Assembly (NCBI GenBank): GCA_044222065.1 | Contig: JBGAOA010000097.1 | Coordinates: 1-10,833, forward strand | Direction: 5' to 3' | Length of the DNA stretch: 10,833 nt | Origin: Candidatus Eiseniibacteriota bacterium | GTDB lineage: Bacteria; Eisenbacteria; RBG-16-71-46 | Shown: piece after piece, positions 1 through 7,312 of the stretch | Numbering within the stretch: the first letter of the stretch is position 1 | How the letters are laid out: each line of letters begins with the position of its first letter | Notes under the pieces: generated by a model | What the model saw: only the letters and a program-made list of their open reading frames with translations | Told to the model about the DNA's origin: nothing | Database searches by the model: none | Program-made: the position numbers and the translations under genes

Positions 1-1
1 G

Positions 2-460
2 CGCGGCGGACGGTTCGCGGGTCGAGAGCGCTTCGAGCGCGGCGCGACTCCCGAGCGCCGGCCGCGATTCGCCTCGCGCGATCGCGAGGAGCGCGGCGGC
101 GCCGAGCGCGGCGGACGGTTCGCGGGTCGCGAGCGCTTCGAGCGCGGCGCGGCTCCCGAGCGCCGGCCGCGATTCGGCTCGCGCGATCGCGAGGAGCGCG
201 GCGGCGGTGTTAAGCGCGGCGGCCGCTTCGCGGGTCGCGAGCGCTTCGAGCGCGACGCGGCTCCCGAGCGCCGGCCGCGGTTCCCGTCGCGCGATCGCGA
301 GGAACGCGGCGGCGTCGCCGAGCGCGGCGGCCGCTTCGCGGGTCGCGAGCGCTTCGAGCGCGGCGCGGGTCCGGGGCGACGGACCGGATTCCCCGGGCGC
401 GATCGGCCGGAACGCCGGGGCGCGCCCGAGCGTGGAGGCCGGTTCTCGGACCGCGAGCGC
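2..460 (+). repeat. Coding tandem repeat, 105-108 bp unit (35-36 aa), four copies plus a partial degenerate fifth visible
   Basis: Units start at 2, 107, 215, 323 and 431, each beginning with RGGRF codons. Copies 1-3 and the first half of copy 4 are near-identical; later sequence decays. Confidence 0.92.
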
Positions 461-640
461 CCCGCGCGTGGGGGCGGACCCGGGCGCGGCACTTCGAGCC
501 GGGGGCCCGGCGCACGCTCGAGCGCTCCTTCGCGCCGGGGGCGCGAGGGCCAAAACCCTCGGGGCCGTGGGCAGCGTGGCCCAGAAGGGCGGCGCGGGCG
601 TCCTCCGGAGCGCCGCGGACGCGGCCGCGATCGCGGCTGA
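2..640 (+). CDS. 3' fragment (start upstream of window) of a protein with an Arg/Gly/Glu-rich repetitive C-terminal tail; probably an RNA-binding enzyme such as a pseudouridine synthase, DEAD-box helicase or rRNA methyltransferase
   Basis: Frame +2 is open from base 2 to TGA at 638-640 and reads RGGRFAGRERFERGATPERRPRFASRDREERGGAE repeated, ending ...RGRGRDRG*. Repeat lengths are multiples of 3. It is absent from the ORF track because it has no start codon in the window. The enzyme identity is inference only. Confidence 0.8.
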   Translation, partial: RGGRFAGRERFERGATPERRPRFASRDREERGGAERGGRFAGRERFERGAAPERRPRFGSRDREERGGGVKRGGRFAGRERFERDAAPERRPRFPSRDREERGGVAERGGRFAGRERFERGAGPGRRTGFPGRDRPERRGAPERGGRFSDRERPARGGGPGRGTSSRGPGARSSAPSRRGREGQNPRGRGQRGPEGRRGRPPERRGRGRDRG

Positions 641-674
641 GTCGGCGCTGACCGGGACGCTGGAAACTTCGCAA

Positions 675-704
675 TTGAAGCGGGTTCCGGCGCGGCTCTA
701 AGCT
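675..704 (+). promoter_or_regulatory. Putative sigma70-type promoter
   Basis: TTGAAG (675-680), 18-nt spacer, TAAGCT (699-704), in a locally AT-richer intergenic patch. Confidence 0.5.
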
Positions 705-710
705 CGTTTC

Positions 711-858
711 GCACACGCGCAACGCGCCCCGGGCGCGACGCCCGTCGCGCGGAACGCTTCGTGCGTGGCGGGGGCGCGTTCCGGCGGCCAGCCGCCGGCG
801 TGCATCGCACTTCCTCGCACGGACGCGGGGCCCTTCGGCCGAAGCGGAGCGTCCGTGC
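711..858 (+). promoter_or_regulatory. Candidate structured 5' leader / cis-regulatory RNA
   Basis: Perfect 10-bp stems 721-730/771-780 and 817-826/849-858, with further hairpins at 733-750, 754-766, 781-798 and 833-844. The 817-858 stem covers the GTG start at 855. Confidence 0.4.
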
Positions 859-1418
859 AACTCGATCGCGTTCCTCCACCGCATTCCGTCCGCCAGGAAA
901 TTGGAACGAGCGCGCCCGCCCCCGGGGTAGAACCGGTCGCGGGTTCGGAGCGCGAGCGCGTTCCGGCACGGCGTTCGGATGCGTGGCTCGGGTGGGGGTG
1001 CGCGTTGCTCGCGTTCGCCCTCCTCGGCCAGGGCGAGCGATGCGATGTCGATGCGCGGTTCTCGTCCCCGAGCCGCACGCTCCAGACCTACTGGCGCGCG
1101 CTGCGGGAGGGGGACGAGGCGACCGCCGCCGAGTGTTTCGTCGAGGGTCCCCACGACCTGCCGTTCGCGGGTCAGCTGTGGTTCCTGCCGCCCACGCAGA
1201 CGTTCGATCTCGACGAGTTCAAGTCGCTGCCGGTCGAGAGCGGACGGCTGCTCGTGTCCTACGACGTGCGCTTCCTGCCGGTCGGCAGTCCGACCGAGTT
1301 GCGCTTCCGCACCGGGAGCGAACTCGTGAGGATGCGCGGCGAGTGGCGCATCGCTCGACCGCTCGGGGATGCGAGCATGCCGGAGTGGAAACCGATCCCG
1401 CACGTGTTTGACAGCTGA
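855..1418 (+). CDS. Hypothetical membrane-anchored/exported protein with NTF2-like domain (187 aa)
   Basis: GTG at 855 preceded by GGAG (846-849). Hydrophobic stretch WLGWGCALLAFALLG, then SPSRTLQTYWRALREGDEATAAECF...LVRMRGEWRI, a pattern typical of small NTF2-like domains. The start is uncertain (the ORF is open from 765). Confidence 0.7.
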   Translation: MQLDRVPPPHSVRQEIGTSAPAPGVEPVAGSERERVPARRSDAWLGWGCALLAFALLGQGERCDVDARFSSPSRTLQTYWRALREGDEATAAECFVEGPHDLPFAGQLWFLPPTQTFDLDEFKSLPVESGRLLVSYDVRFLPVGSPTELRFRTGSELVRMRGEWRIARPLGDASMPEWKPIPHVFDS

Positions 1419-1437
1419 TTCGGGCGGCTCTTAGGCT
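1408..1437 (+). promoter_or_regulatory. Putative sigma70 promoter for the porV-like gene
   Basis: Perfect TTGACA (1408-1413, inside the last codons of the upstream gene), 18-nt spacer, TAGGCT (1432-1437). Confidence 0.55.
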
Positions 1438-1477
1438 CCCCCGAATCACGATCGGGTAGCGGTTCCACGAGGGCCTG

Positions 1478-2623
1478 ATGACGCGTTCGACAGCCATTTC
1501 CGCACTCCTCGTCGCAGTGCTGCTGGCGCTCGCCGTGCCGGCGTCGGCCACCAAGTACGCGGGTGAGTTCCTCAAGATCCCGGTCGGGGCGCGCGCCATC
1601 GGACTCGGCGGCGCGTTCACCGCGATCGCCGACGACGCGACCTCGCCCTACTGGAACCCCGCGGGCATGATCTACCTGCCCTACCGCGAGGTGATGTTCC
1701 AGCACGCCGAGAAGTTCGGCAGCCTGCTGAACCAGGACTACCTCTCCGCCGTCTACCCGATCGGCCGCGACGGGCACACGGCGGCGCTCGGCGTTTCGGT
1801 CGCGCGCGTCGCGGTGGACGACATCCCGGTCACGCCGCTCGCCGGCGACCTGCGCCGCGGCGACTTCCTCGACTACGGCCGCGACGGCCAGCCCTTCACC
1901 TACGACACGGGCGAGGGCAACGGCACGTGGGATCCGGGCGAGCGCCTGCTGCTCACCGCGGACAACCTGTTCCTCGCGAGCAGCAGCGACATGGCGTTCG
2001 TGCTCTCGTACGCCCGCCAGCGCGGCAAGCACTTCGCGTGGGGCGCGAACCTCAAGTTCGTGCGCCAGAGCATCCCCGGCACGGACGCGACCTACGACAC
2101 GCTCGCGCGCCGCGTGACCGACGTGGGGAAGGCCACCTCGTTCGGCGCGGGACTCGACGCGGCGATGCTGTGGATGCCGACCGACGCAGTCACCGTCGGC
2201 GCGCAGCTGCGCGACTTCACGACGACGTACCTCGCGTGGAGCAACGGCACGCGCGAGACGATCTCGCCGTCGCTCGACACCGGGGTCGGCTTCAACTTCT
2301 TCCCGGCGCCGCGCCACGCTCTGACGTGGGCCGTGGACGTCGGCTGGCTCTTCGAGGACCGTCAGTTCGACTCGCAGCTCAAGATGGGAGCCGTCACGGC
2401 GGACCTGCGCACCGGGCTCGAGTACTGGTACCACGACATGCTGGCGCTGCGGACGGGACTGAACGCGAAGGATTTCACGTTCGGCGCGGGCCTTCGCTAC
2501 AAGCAGGTCGGCGTGGACTACGCGGCGCAGCTCCATCGCTTCTTCGCCTCGGACGACCCCGACTTCCCGGACGACCAGGACCTCGACGCGACGCACATCG
2601 TCTCGCTCGGCGTGAACTGGTAG
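1478..2623 (+). CDS. PorV/PorQ-family (FadL-like) outer membrane beta-barrel protein (381 aa)
   Basis: Signal peptide ending VPASA; N-terminal signature FLKIPVGARAIGLGGAFTAIADDATSPYWNPAG; amphipathic beta-strands; C-terminal aromatic residue (HIVSLGVNW); GAGGG upstream of the ATG. Confidence 0.88.
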   Translation: MTRSTAISALLVAVLLALAVPASATKYAGEFLKIPVGARAIGLGGAFTAIADDATSPYWNPAGMIYLPYREVMFQHAEKFGSLLNQDYLSAVYPIGRDGHTAALGVSVARVAVDDIPVTPLAGDLRRGDFLDYGRDGQPFTYDTGEGNGTWDPGERLLLTADNLFLASSSDMAFVLSYARQRGKHFAWGANLKFVRQSIPGTDATYDTLARRVTDVGKATSFGAGLDAAMLWMPTDAVTVGAQLRDFTTTYLAWSNGTRETISPSLDTGVGFNFFPAPRHALTWAVDVGWLFEDRQFDSQLKMGAVTADLRTGLEYWYHDMLALRTGLNAKDFTFGAGLRYKQVGVDYAAQLHRFFASDDPDFPDDQDLDATHIVSLGVNW

Positions 2624-2638
2624 CCGCCGGAGCTTCCC

Positions 2639-2676
2639 GACGCCCCGGGCGCATCGCGTCCGGGGCGTCTTGCGTT
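2639..2676 (+). terminator. Putative intrinsic terminator after the porV-like gene
   Basis: 14-bp stem GACGCCCCGGGCGC (2639-2652) / GCGTCCGGGGCGTC (2656-2669) with one G-U pair, followed by TTGCGTT. Confidence 0.7.
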
Positions 2677-2696
2677 CGTGGCCGCGGCCGGCGTCC

Positions 2697-2726
2697 TTGA
2701 CGCCGGGAGCGCGGGGTCAATACCGT
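2697..2726 (+). promoter_or_regulatory. Putative sigma70 promoter for the glg pair
   Basis: TTGACG (2697-2702), 18-nt spacer, TACCGT (2721-2726), directly downstream of the terminator hairpin. Confidence 0.5.
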
Positions 2727-2766
2727 GCGATGAGTTTCCGGCGCGGTGCGCTCACGGAGGATGCGG

Positions 2767-4029
2767 GTGCGACACACGATGGCCCTGGTGCTGTCCGGCG
2801 GCGGCGGCGAGCAGCTCGGCGTGCTGACCGCCGAGCGCGCCGTGAGCGCCGTTCCGTTCGGCGGCAAGTACCGCGTCGTGGACTTCGTGCTGTCGAACCT
2901 CTGCCACTCGGGCTGCGAGCAGGTCGGCGTCATCACGCAGCACGCGCCGATCTCGCTGCACGATCACATCGGCGCGGGGCGCGCGTGGGATCTCGACCGG
3001 CGCGGTGGCGGCGTCGTGATCCTCCAGCCCTACCAGACGCGGCAGCACGCCGCGTGGTACCGGGGCACCGCGGACGCCGTGCTTCAGAACTGGAGCGAGG
3101 TCGAAGACCGCCGGCCATCGCGCGTGCTCGTGCTCTCGGGCGACCACGTGTACCGCATGGACTATCGCGCACTGCTCGGCACGCACCTCGAACAGCGCGC
3201 CGCGGTGACGCTCGCGGTGACGCGCGTGCCTCCCGATCAGACGCGCCGCTTCGGCATGGTGACGTTCGACCACGACGGGCGCGTTCAGACTCTCGTCGAG
3301 AAGCCGGAACGCGCGGACACGCCGTGGGCCTCGATGGGCATCTACCTGTTCGACGCCGAGGCGCTCGGCGATTACCTCAGGCGCGGCCAGCCGGTGAACC
3401 TCGTGCTCGACGTGCTGCGGCCGATGCTCGCGAACGACGAGAAGCTCGTCGTGCACGAGTTCGAGGGCTACTGGGAGGACGTCGGCACGGTCGGGTCCTA
3501 TTACCGCGCGAACCTCGAGCTGCTCGCGGCGGAGTCGCGGCTCGTGCTGCAGGACCAGCGCTGGCCGATCCTCACGCGCGACGAGCAGCGCCCGCCATCG
3601 CTGCTCAAGGACGGCGCGCGGCTCGAAGGCGCGCTCGTCTCGAACGGCTGCCGGGTGGACGGCGTCGTGCGCCGATCGCTGCTCGCGCCGGGCGTCGTCG
3701 TCGAGGCCGGCGCCGAGGTGAGCGATTCGATCGTGCTGAGCGACTGCGTGATCGGCGCGGGCGCGCGCGTCTCGCACTCGATCTTCGACAAGTACGTTCG
3801 CGTCGGCGCGGGCGCGCGCGTCGGCGACGGCGACGTCCCGACCGATCCCGCGCACGCGTGGCTCAACGGCCTCACGCTGGTCGGGAAGGACGCCGTGATT
3901 CCGGGCGGCTCGCGCATCGGCCGTTCGGTCGTCGTGGGCGTCGCGACCGACGAGCGCGACTTCCCGGCCGACGGCGTGCCGCCGGGCTCGGTGCTCTCGA
4001 GCCGCGCGTGGTTCGGGGTGCCGCGATGA
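2767..4029 (+). CDS. ADP-glucose pyrophosphorylase family protein with degenerate active site (GlgD-like subunit, 420 aa)
   Basis: GGAGG lies 6 nt before GTG 2767. Motifs AVPFGGKYRVVDF, WYRGTADAV, VLSGDHVYRMDY, VEKP, SMGIY and YWEDVGT plus a hexapeptide beta-helix C-terminus are present. GGxGxRL...RAKPAV is replaced by GGGGEQL...RAVSAV and the DFG motif is absent. Confidence 0.85.
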   Translation: MRHTMALVLSGGGGEQLGVLTAERAVSAVPFGGKYRVVDFVLSNLCHSGCEQVGVITQHAPISLHDHIGAGRAWDLDRRGGGVVILQPYQTRQHAAWYRGTADAVLQNWSEVEDRRPSRVLVLSGDHVYRMDYRALLGTHLEQRAAVTLAVTRVPPDQTRRFGMVTFDHDGRVQTLVEKPERADTPWASMGIYLFDAEALGDYLRRGQPVNLVLDVLRPMLANDEKLVVHEFEGYWEDVGTVGSYYRANLELLAAESRLVLQDQRWPILTRDEQRPPSLLKDGARLEGALVSNGCRVDGVVRRSLLAPGVVVEAGAEVSDSIVLSDCVIGAGARVSHSIFDKYVRVGAGARVGDGDVPTDPAHAWLNGLTLVGKDAVIPGGSRIGRSVVVGVATDERDFPADGVPPGSVLSSRAWFGVPR

Positions 4030-5303
4030 GGACGACGCGCTACGCGTTCATCCTCGCGGGCGGCGTCGGCAGCCGGCTGTGCCTGCTGTCGGAACGGCGC
4101 GCAAAGCCCGCCGTCCCGTTCGCGGGCAAGTACCGCATCATCGACTTCACGCTGTCGAACTGCGTGAATTCGGGCATCTACGACGTCGGAGTGCTCACGC
4201 AGTACCGGCCGACGTCGCTGAACCGCCACATCGGAACGGGCCGCCCGTGGGACCTCGACCGCTTCCGCGGCGGCGTGCAGATCCTGCAGCCCGCGCTCGG
4301 CAGCGTCGAGAGCGACTGGTACCAGGGCACCGCGGACGCGATCTACCGGAACCTGATCCATCTTCGCCGGCGGCGCACGGAGCAGGTGCTCATCCTGTCC
4401 GGCGATCACGTTTACCAGATGGATTACAACGTGCTCTACGCGTTCCACGTCGCGCAGGGCTCGCAGTGCACGGTCGCCGTCGCCGAAGTGCCGGAAGCCG
4501 AGATCAGCTCGTTCGGGATCCTCGAGACGGAGCCGAACGGCCGCGTCGTGGCGTTCAAGGAGAAGCCGAAGACGGCGCGCTCACGGCTCGCCTCGATGGG
4601 TGTCTACCTGTTCGACCGCGAGAAGCTCATCGAGTGGCTCGTCGAGGACGCCGCGAATCCGAATTCGTCGCACGACTTCGGCAAGGACGTCCTGCCGCGC
4701 CTGGTCGCGCGCGGCGACGCCGTGTTCGCCTATCGCTTCGGCGAGTACTGGCAGGACGTCGGCACGCTCGACTCGTACTACGAGGCGAACCGTGCGTTCC
4801 TGCGCGACGACCCGCCGCTCGCGCTCGGCGACCCGGAGTCCATGCTGCACACGCTGAGCGCCGACCGGCCGCCCGCGCGCTTCGAATCGGGCGGCGTCGC
4901 GACCCGCAGCCTCGTCACGAACGGCTGCCGCATCGCGGGCACCGTCGAGCGCTCGATCCTCTCTCCGGGCGTCGTCGTCGAGTCGGGCGCGGTCGTGCGC
5001 GACAGCATCGTCATGCAGGACACGATCGTCCGACGTGGCGCCGTGCTCGACCGCGCGATCGTGGACAAGGACGTCGTGATCGGCGAAGGCGCGAAGGTCG
5101 GTGTCGGAGAGGCGTCCGTTCCGAACCGAGCCTGCCCGCATCACCTCTCGAGCGGACTGCTCGTCGTGGGGAAGGCCGCCGTGATTCCCGACGGGCTCGC
5201 GGTCGGACGCAACGCGCGCATCGGCGCCGCGGTCGGCCCCGCGCACTTCACGGGCGACGTGCCGGCCGGCGGTGTCGTGGACGGCCCCGAGTCCATGCAC
5301 TGA
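4026..5303 (+). CDS. glgC: Glucose-1-phosphate adenylyltransferase (ADP-glucose pyrophosphorylase, 425 aa)
   Basis: ATG 4026 overlaps the upstream stop (ATGA). Canonical [10 protein letters not shown]...[63 protein letters not shown] and YWQDVGT motifs. Confidence 0.95.
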   Translation: MRTTRYAFILAGGVGSRLCLLSERRAKPAVPFAGKYRIIDFTLSNCVNSGIYDVGVLTQYRPTSLNRHIGTGRPWDLDRFRGGVQILQPALGSVESDWYQGTADAIYRNLIHLRRRRTEQVLILSGDHVYQMDYNVLYAFHVAQGSQCTVAVAEVPEAEISSFGILETEPNGRVVAFKEKPKTARSRLASMGVYLFDREKLIEWLVEDAANPNSSHDFGKDVLPRLVARGDAVFAYRFGEYWQDVGTLDSYYEANRAFLRDDPPLALGDPESMLHTLSADRPPARFESGGVATRSLVTNGCRIAGTVERSILSPGVVVESGAVVRDSIVMQDTIVRRGAVLDRAIVDKDVVIGEGAKVGVGEASVPNRACPHHLSSGLLVVGKAAVIPDGLAVGRNARIGAAVGPAHFTGDVPAGGVVDGPESMH

Positions 5304-5315
5304 GCCGGTGAGGAA

Positions 5316-5358
5316 ACGCGACGGGCCGCGATCCCGAGCGGATCGCGGCCCGTCGTGT
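5316..5358. terminator. Likely bidirectional terminator between convergent glgC and the mltD-like gene
   Basis: Perfect 16-bp inverted repeat CGACGGGCCGCGATCC (5319-5334) / GGATCGCGGCCCGTCG (5340-5355), 5-nt loop, with weak T-rich tails on both strands. Confidence 0.8.
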
Positions 5359-5372
5359 GTCCGGCGCGAGAC

Positions 5373-7247
5373 TCAGCCGGTCGGGATCTTGAGTCGCTGG
5401 CCCGAGCGGATGCGGCTCGTCGAGAGCCCGTTCGCCGCCTTGAGCTTCGCGACCGAGACGCCGTAGCGGCCGGCGATGCCCGAGAGCGTGTCGCCCGAAC
5501 GAACGACGTGCACCGATCCGCTCGTGCCGACCGACGCCTTCGCGGCCTTCTTCTTCGAGCGCGGCGGCTGGAGATCGGCGATCTTCGCGCTGTCCGACAC
5601 CGCTCGCGCCGCGGCGATCTCGGCGGTCTCGTCGGTGCGCACCTTGAGGCGCATCCCGCGCCGCACCGCCGAAGTCTTCAGCCGGTTCCACTGGCGCAAC
5701 TGCTCGGGCGTGACGCCGTACTGGGTCGCGATGCCGTCGAGCGTCTCGCCGCGGCGCACCGTGTGCACGAGCCGCCCGTCGGCGGACGACTCGCCCTGGA
5801 TCTGCGCGGGCAGGCCGATCTTGCGCGGCGGAACGTAAGCCGAACGCGCGCGTGGATCGTCCGACTCCTCGAGCATCACCGGGCGGGAGGGGCCGAGGGA
5901 CGCCGGGATCGTCAGCTCCATGCCGCGCTTGAGCGGGTGCTTGCGGCCGATGCCGTTCGCGCGCGCGAGCGTCTGTGCACTCACGTGATACTGCGACGCG
6001 ATGCCCGAGAGCGACTCGCCGCGCTTCACGCGGTGCTTGACGGTCAGGTTCACCGCCGGGAGCGCATTGCCCGACTGCAGCTTCTCGACGAGCAGCGAGC
6101 CCTTGCCGTCGGGGACGCGGATCACCGTCACGCCTTCGGGGCCGCGCGCGGCGGCGCCGCTGAACGCCGGATTGAGGATGCGAAGCTCGTCGTACGAGCA
6201 CTCTGCCAGCTTCGCGAGCGCGCGCAGGTCCACGGGACCCTTGAACGCGACCTCGTCGAACTGCATCGGCTCGTCCATCTCGACCGCGTCGAAGCCGTAG
6301 CGCTCGGGGTCGCGCGAGATCGCGAGCACCGCCATGAACTTCGGCACGTATTCCTCAGTCTGCTGCGGCAGGCGAAGGTCCCAGTAGTTCGTCGTGCCCT
6401 GGTTCTTGATCGCGCGCAGCACCGTGCCCTCGCCGGCGTTGTACGAGGCGAGCGCGAGCGGCCAGTCCCCGAAGATGCCGTAGAGGTGCTTCAGGTAGCG
6501 CGCCGCGGCGACCGTGGACTTCTCGGGGTCCTTCCGCTCGTCGACCCACTGGTTCACGTTGAGTCCGAAGAGTCGGCCGGAGGACTTGAGGAACTGCCAC
6601 GGCCCGACCGCCGCCGACACCGAGCGAGCGTGCAGGTTGAACCCGCTCTCGACGAACACGAGGTGCACGAGGTCGGGCGGAAGTCCTTCCTGCTTGAGCA
6701 CCCCGCGGAACAGCTCCATGTAGCGGCCCGACCGCTTGAGCCAGCGCTCGAACGTCGAGCGGCCGCTGCCCGTGAAGAACTGGATCCAGCGCAGCACTTC
6801 GGCGTTCGTCTGGAGTTCGATGTCCTCGGTCGCGGCCGCCGCGAGCACCTTGTCGTCGGCCTCGTTCCCGGGCTCGACGCGGGGCAGCGACTGGAGGTCG
6901 TTCGCGGCGCCGTCCCGCACCCCGGCGAGGCGGGCGCGCAGGTCCACGAGCTCGAGGCGCGTCGTCGCGTCGGGATTCCCGGCGATCGCCGCGTCCACGA
7001 GGGACAGGCCTTCGCCCGCGCGCTCCACCGCCTGCCCGTACTCGCCCGCGGCGCGGAGCGTCCAGGCGGCCTGGTAAGCGGCGCGGATCGGGACGACGGG
7101 AGAGCCGGTCGTCGAGTCCGCGACGTCCGCGGCGGGAGCTGCGGCAGGAGCCGCGGCGGAGGCGGCCGGCGGCGTTCCCAGCACGAGCAGGCCGGCGAGC
7201 AGGCCGGGCGCGAGACGTCCGAAGATGTGGCGGATGCGATCTTCCAT
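5373..7247 (-). CDS. mltD: MltD-like lytic murein transglycosylase with SLT domain and three LysM domains (624 aa)
   Basis: ATG at 7247 with GGAAGG 8 nt upstream; signal peptide ending PPAASA; SLT motifs VESGFN (catalytic Glu), AVGPWQF and ASYNAG; LysM repeats HRVKRGESLSGIA, HTVRRGETLDGIA and HVVRSGDTLSGIA. Confidence 0.93.
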   Translation of the reverse strand: MEDRIRHIFGRLAPGLLAGLLVLGTPPAASAAAPAAAPAADVADSTTGSPVVPIRAAYQAAWTLRAAGEYGQAVERAGEGLSLVDAAIAGNPDATTRLELVDLRARLAGVRDGAANDLQSLPRVEPGNEADDKVLAAAATEDIELQTNAEVLRWIQFFTGSGRSTFERWLKRSGRYMELFRGVLKQEGLPPDLVHLVFVESGFNLHARSVSAAVGPWQFLKSSGRLFGLNVNQWVDERKDPEKSTVAAARYLKHLYGIFGDWPLALASYNAGEGTVLRAIKNQGTTNYWDLRLPQQTEEYVPKFMAVLAISRDPERYGFDAVEMDEPMQFDEVAFKGPVDLRALAKLAECSYDELRILNPAFSGAAARGPEGVTVIRVPDGKGSLLVEKLQSGNALPAVNLTVKHRVKRGESLSGIASQYHVSAQTLARANGIGRKHPLKRGMELTIPASLGPSRPVMLEESDDPRARSAYVPPRKIGLPAQIQGESSADGRLVHTVRRGETLDGIATQYGVTPEQLRQWNRLKTSAVRRGMRLKVRTDETAEIAAARAVSDSAKIADLQPPRSKKKAAKASVGTSGSVHVVRSGDTLSGIAGRYGVSVAKLKAANGLSTSRIRSGQRLKIPTG

Positions 7248-7296
7248 GCGTGCAACCTTCCCTTGGGGAGTCTGGAACCGCGGGAAGCTACTGGTT

Positions 7297-7312
7297 CGGC
7301 ATGCAAACTGCA
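7297..7312 (+). promoter_or_regulatory. Putative sigma54 (-24/-12) promoter pointing toward the PEGA gene
   Basis: CGGCATGCAAACTGCA is GG-N10-GC and close to the consensus TGGCACG-N4-TTGCW. Confidence 0.5.

Noticed and set aside
2..460. Possible CRISPR array or non-coding repeat
   Set aside because: Units are contiguous 105-108 bp with no unique spacers, keep the reading frame, and no cas genes are present.
207..701. 164-aa Ala/Ser-rich ORF from the track
   Set aside because: It is an alternative frame of the repeat. It starts mid-repeat with no RBS and runs into the predicted promoter, whereas frame +2 gives a coherent protein tail.
2670..4025. 877-aa ORF suggesting a long N-terminal extension or fusion of GlgC
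   Set aside because: The extension is an Arg-rich shadow frame over the first paralog. Homology starts at ATG 4026, which overlaps the upstream stop.
2767..4029. First glg paralog as a pseudogene
   Set aside because: The frame is intact and full-length with a strong RBS, normal GC-rich codon usage and translational coupling. The visible motif losses concentrate at catalytic residues.
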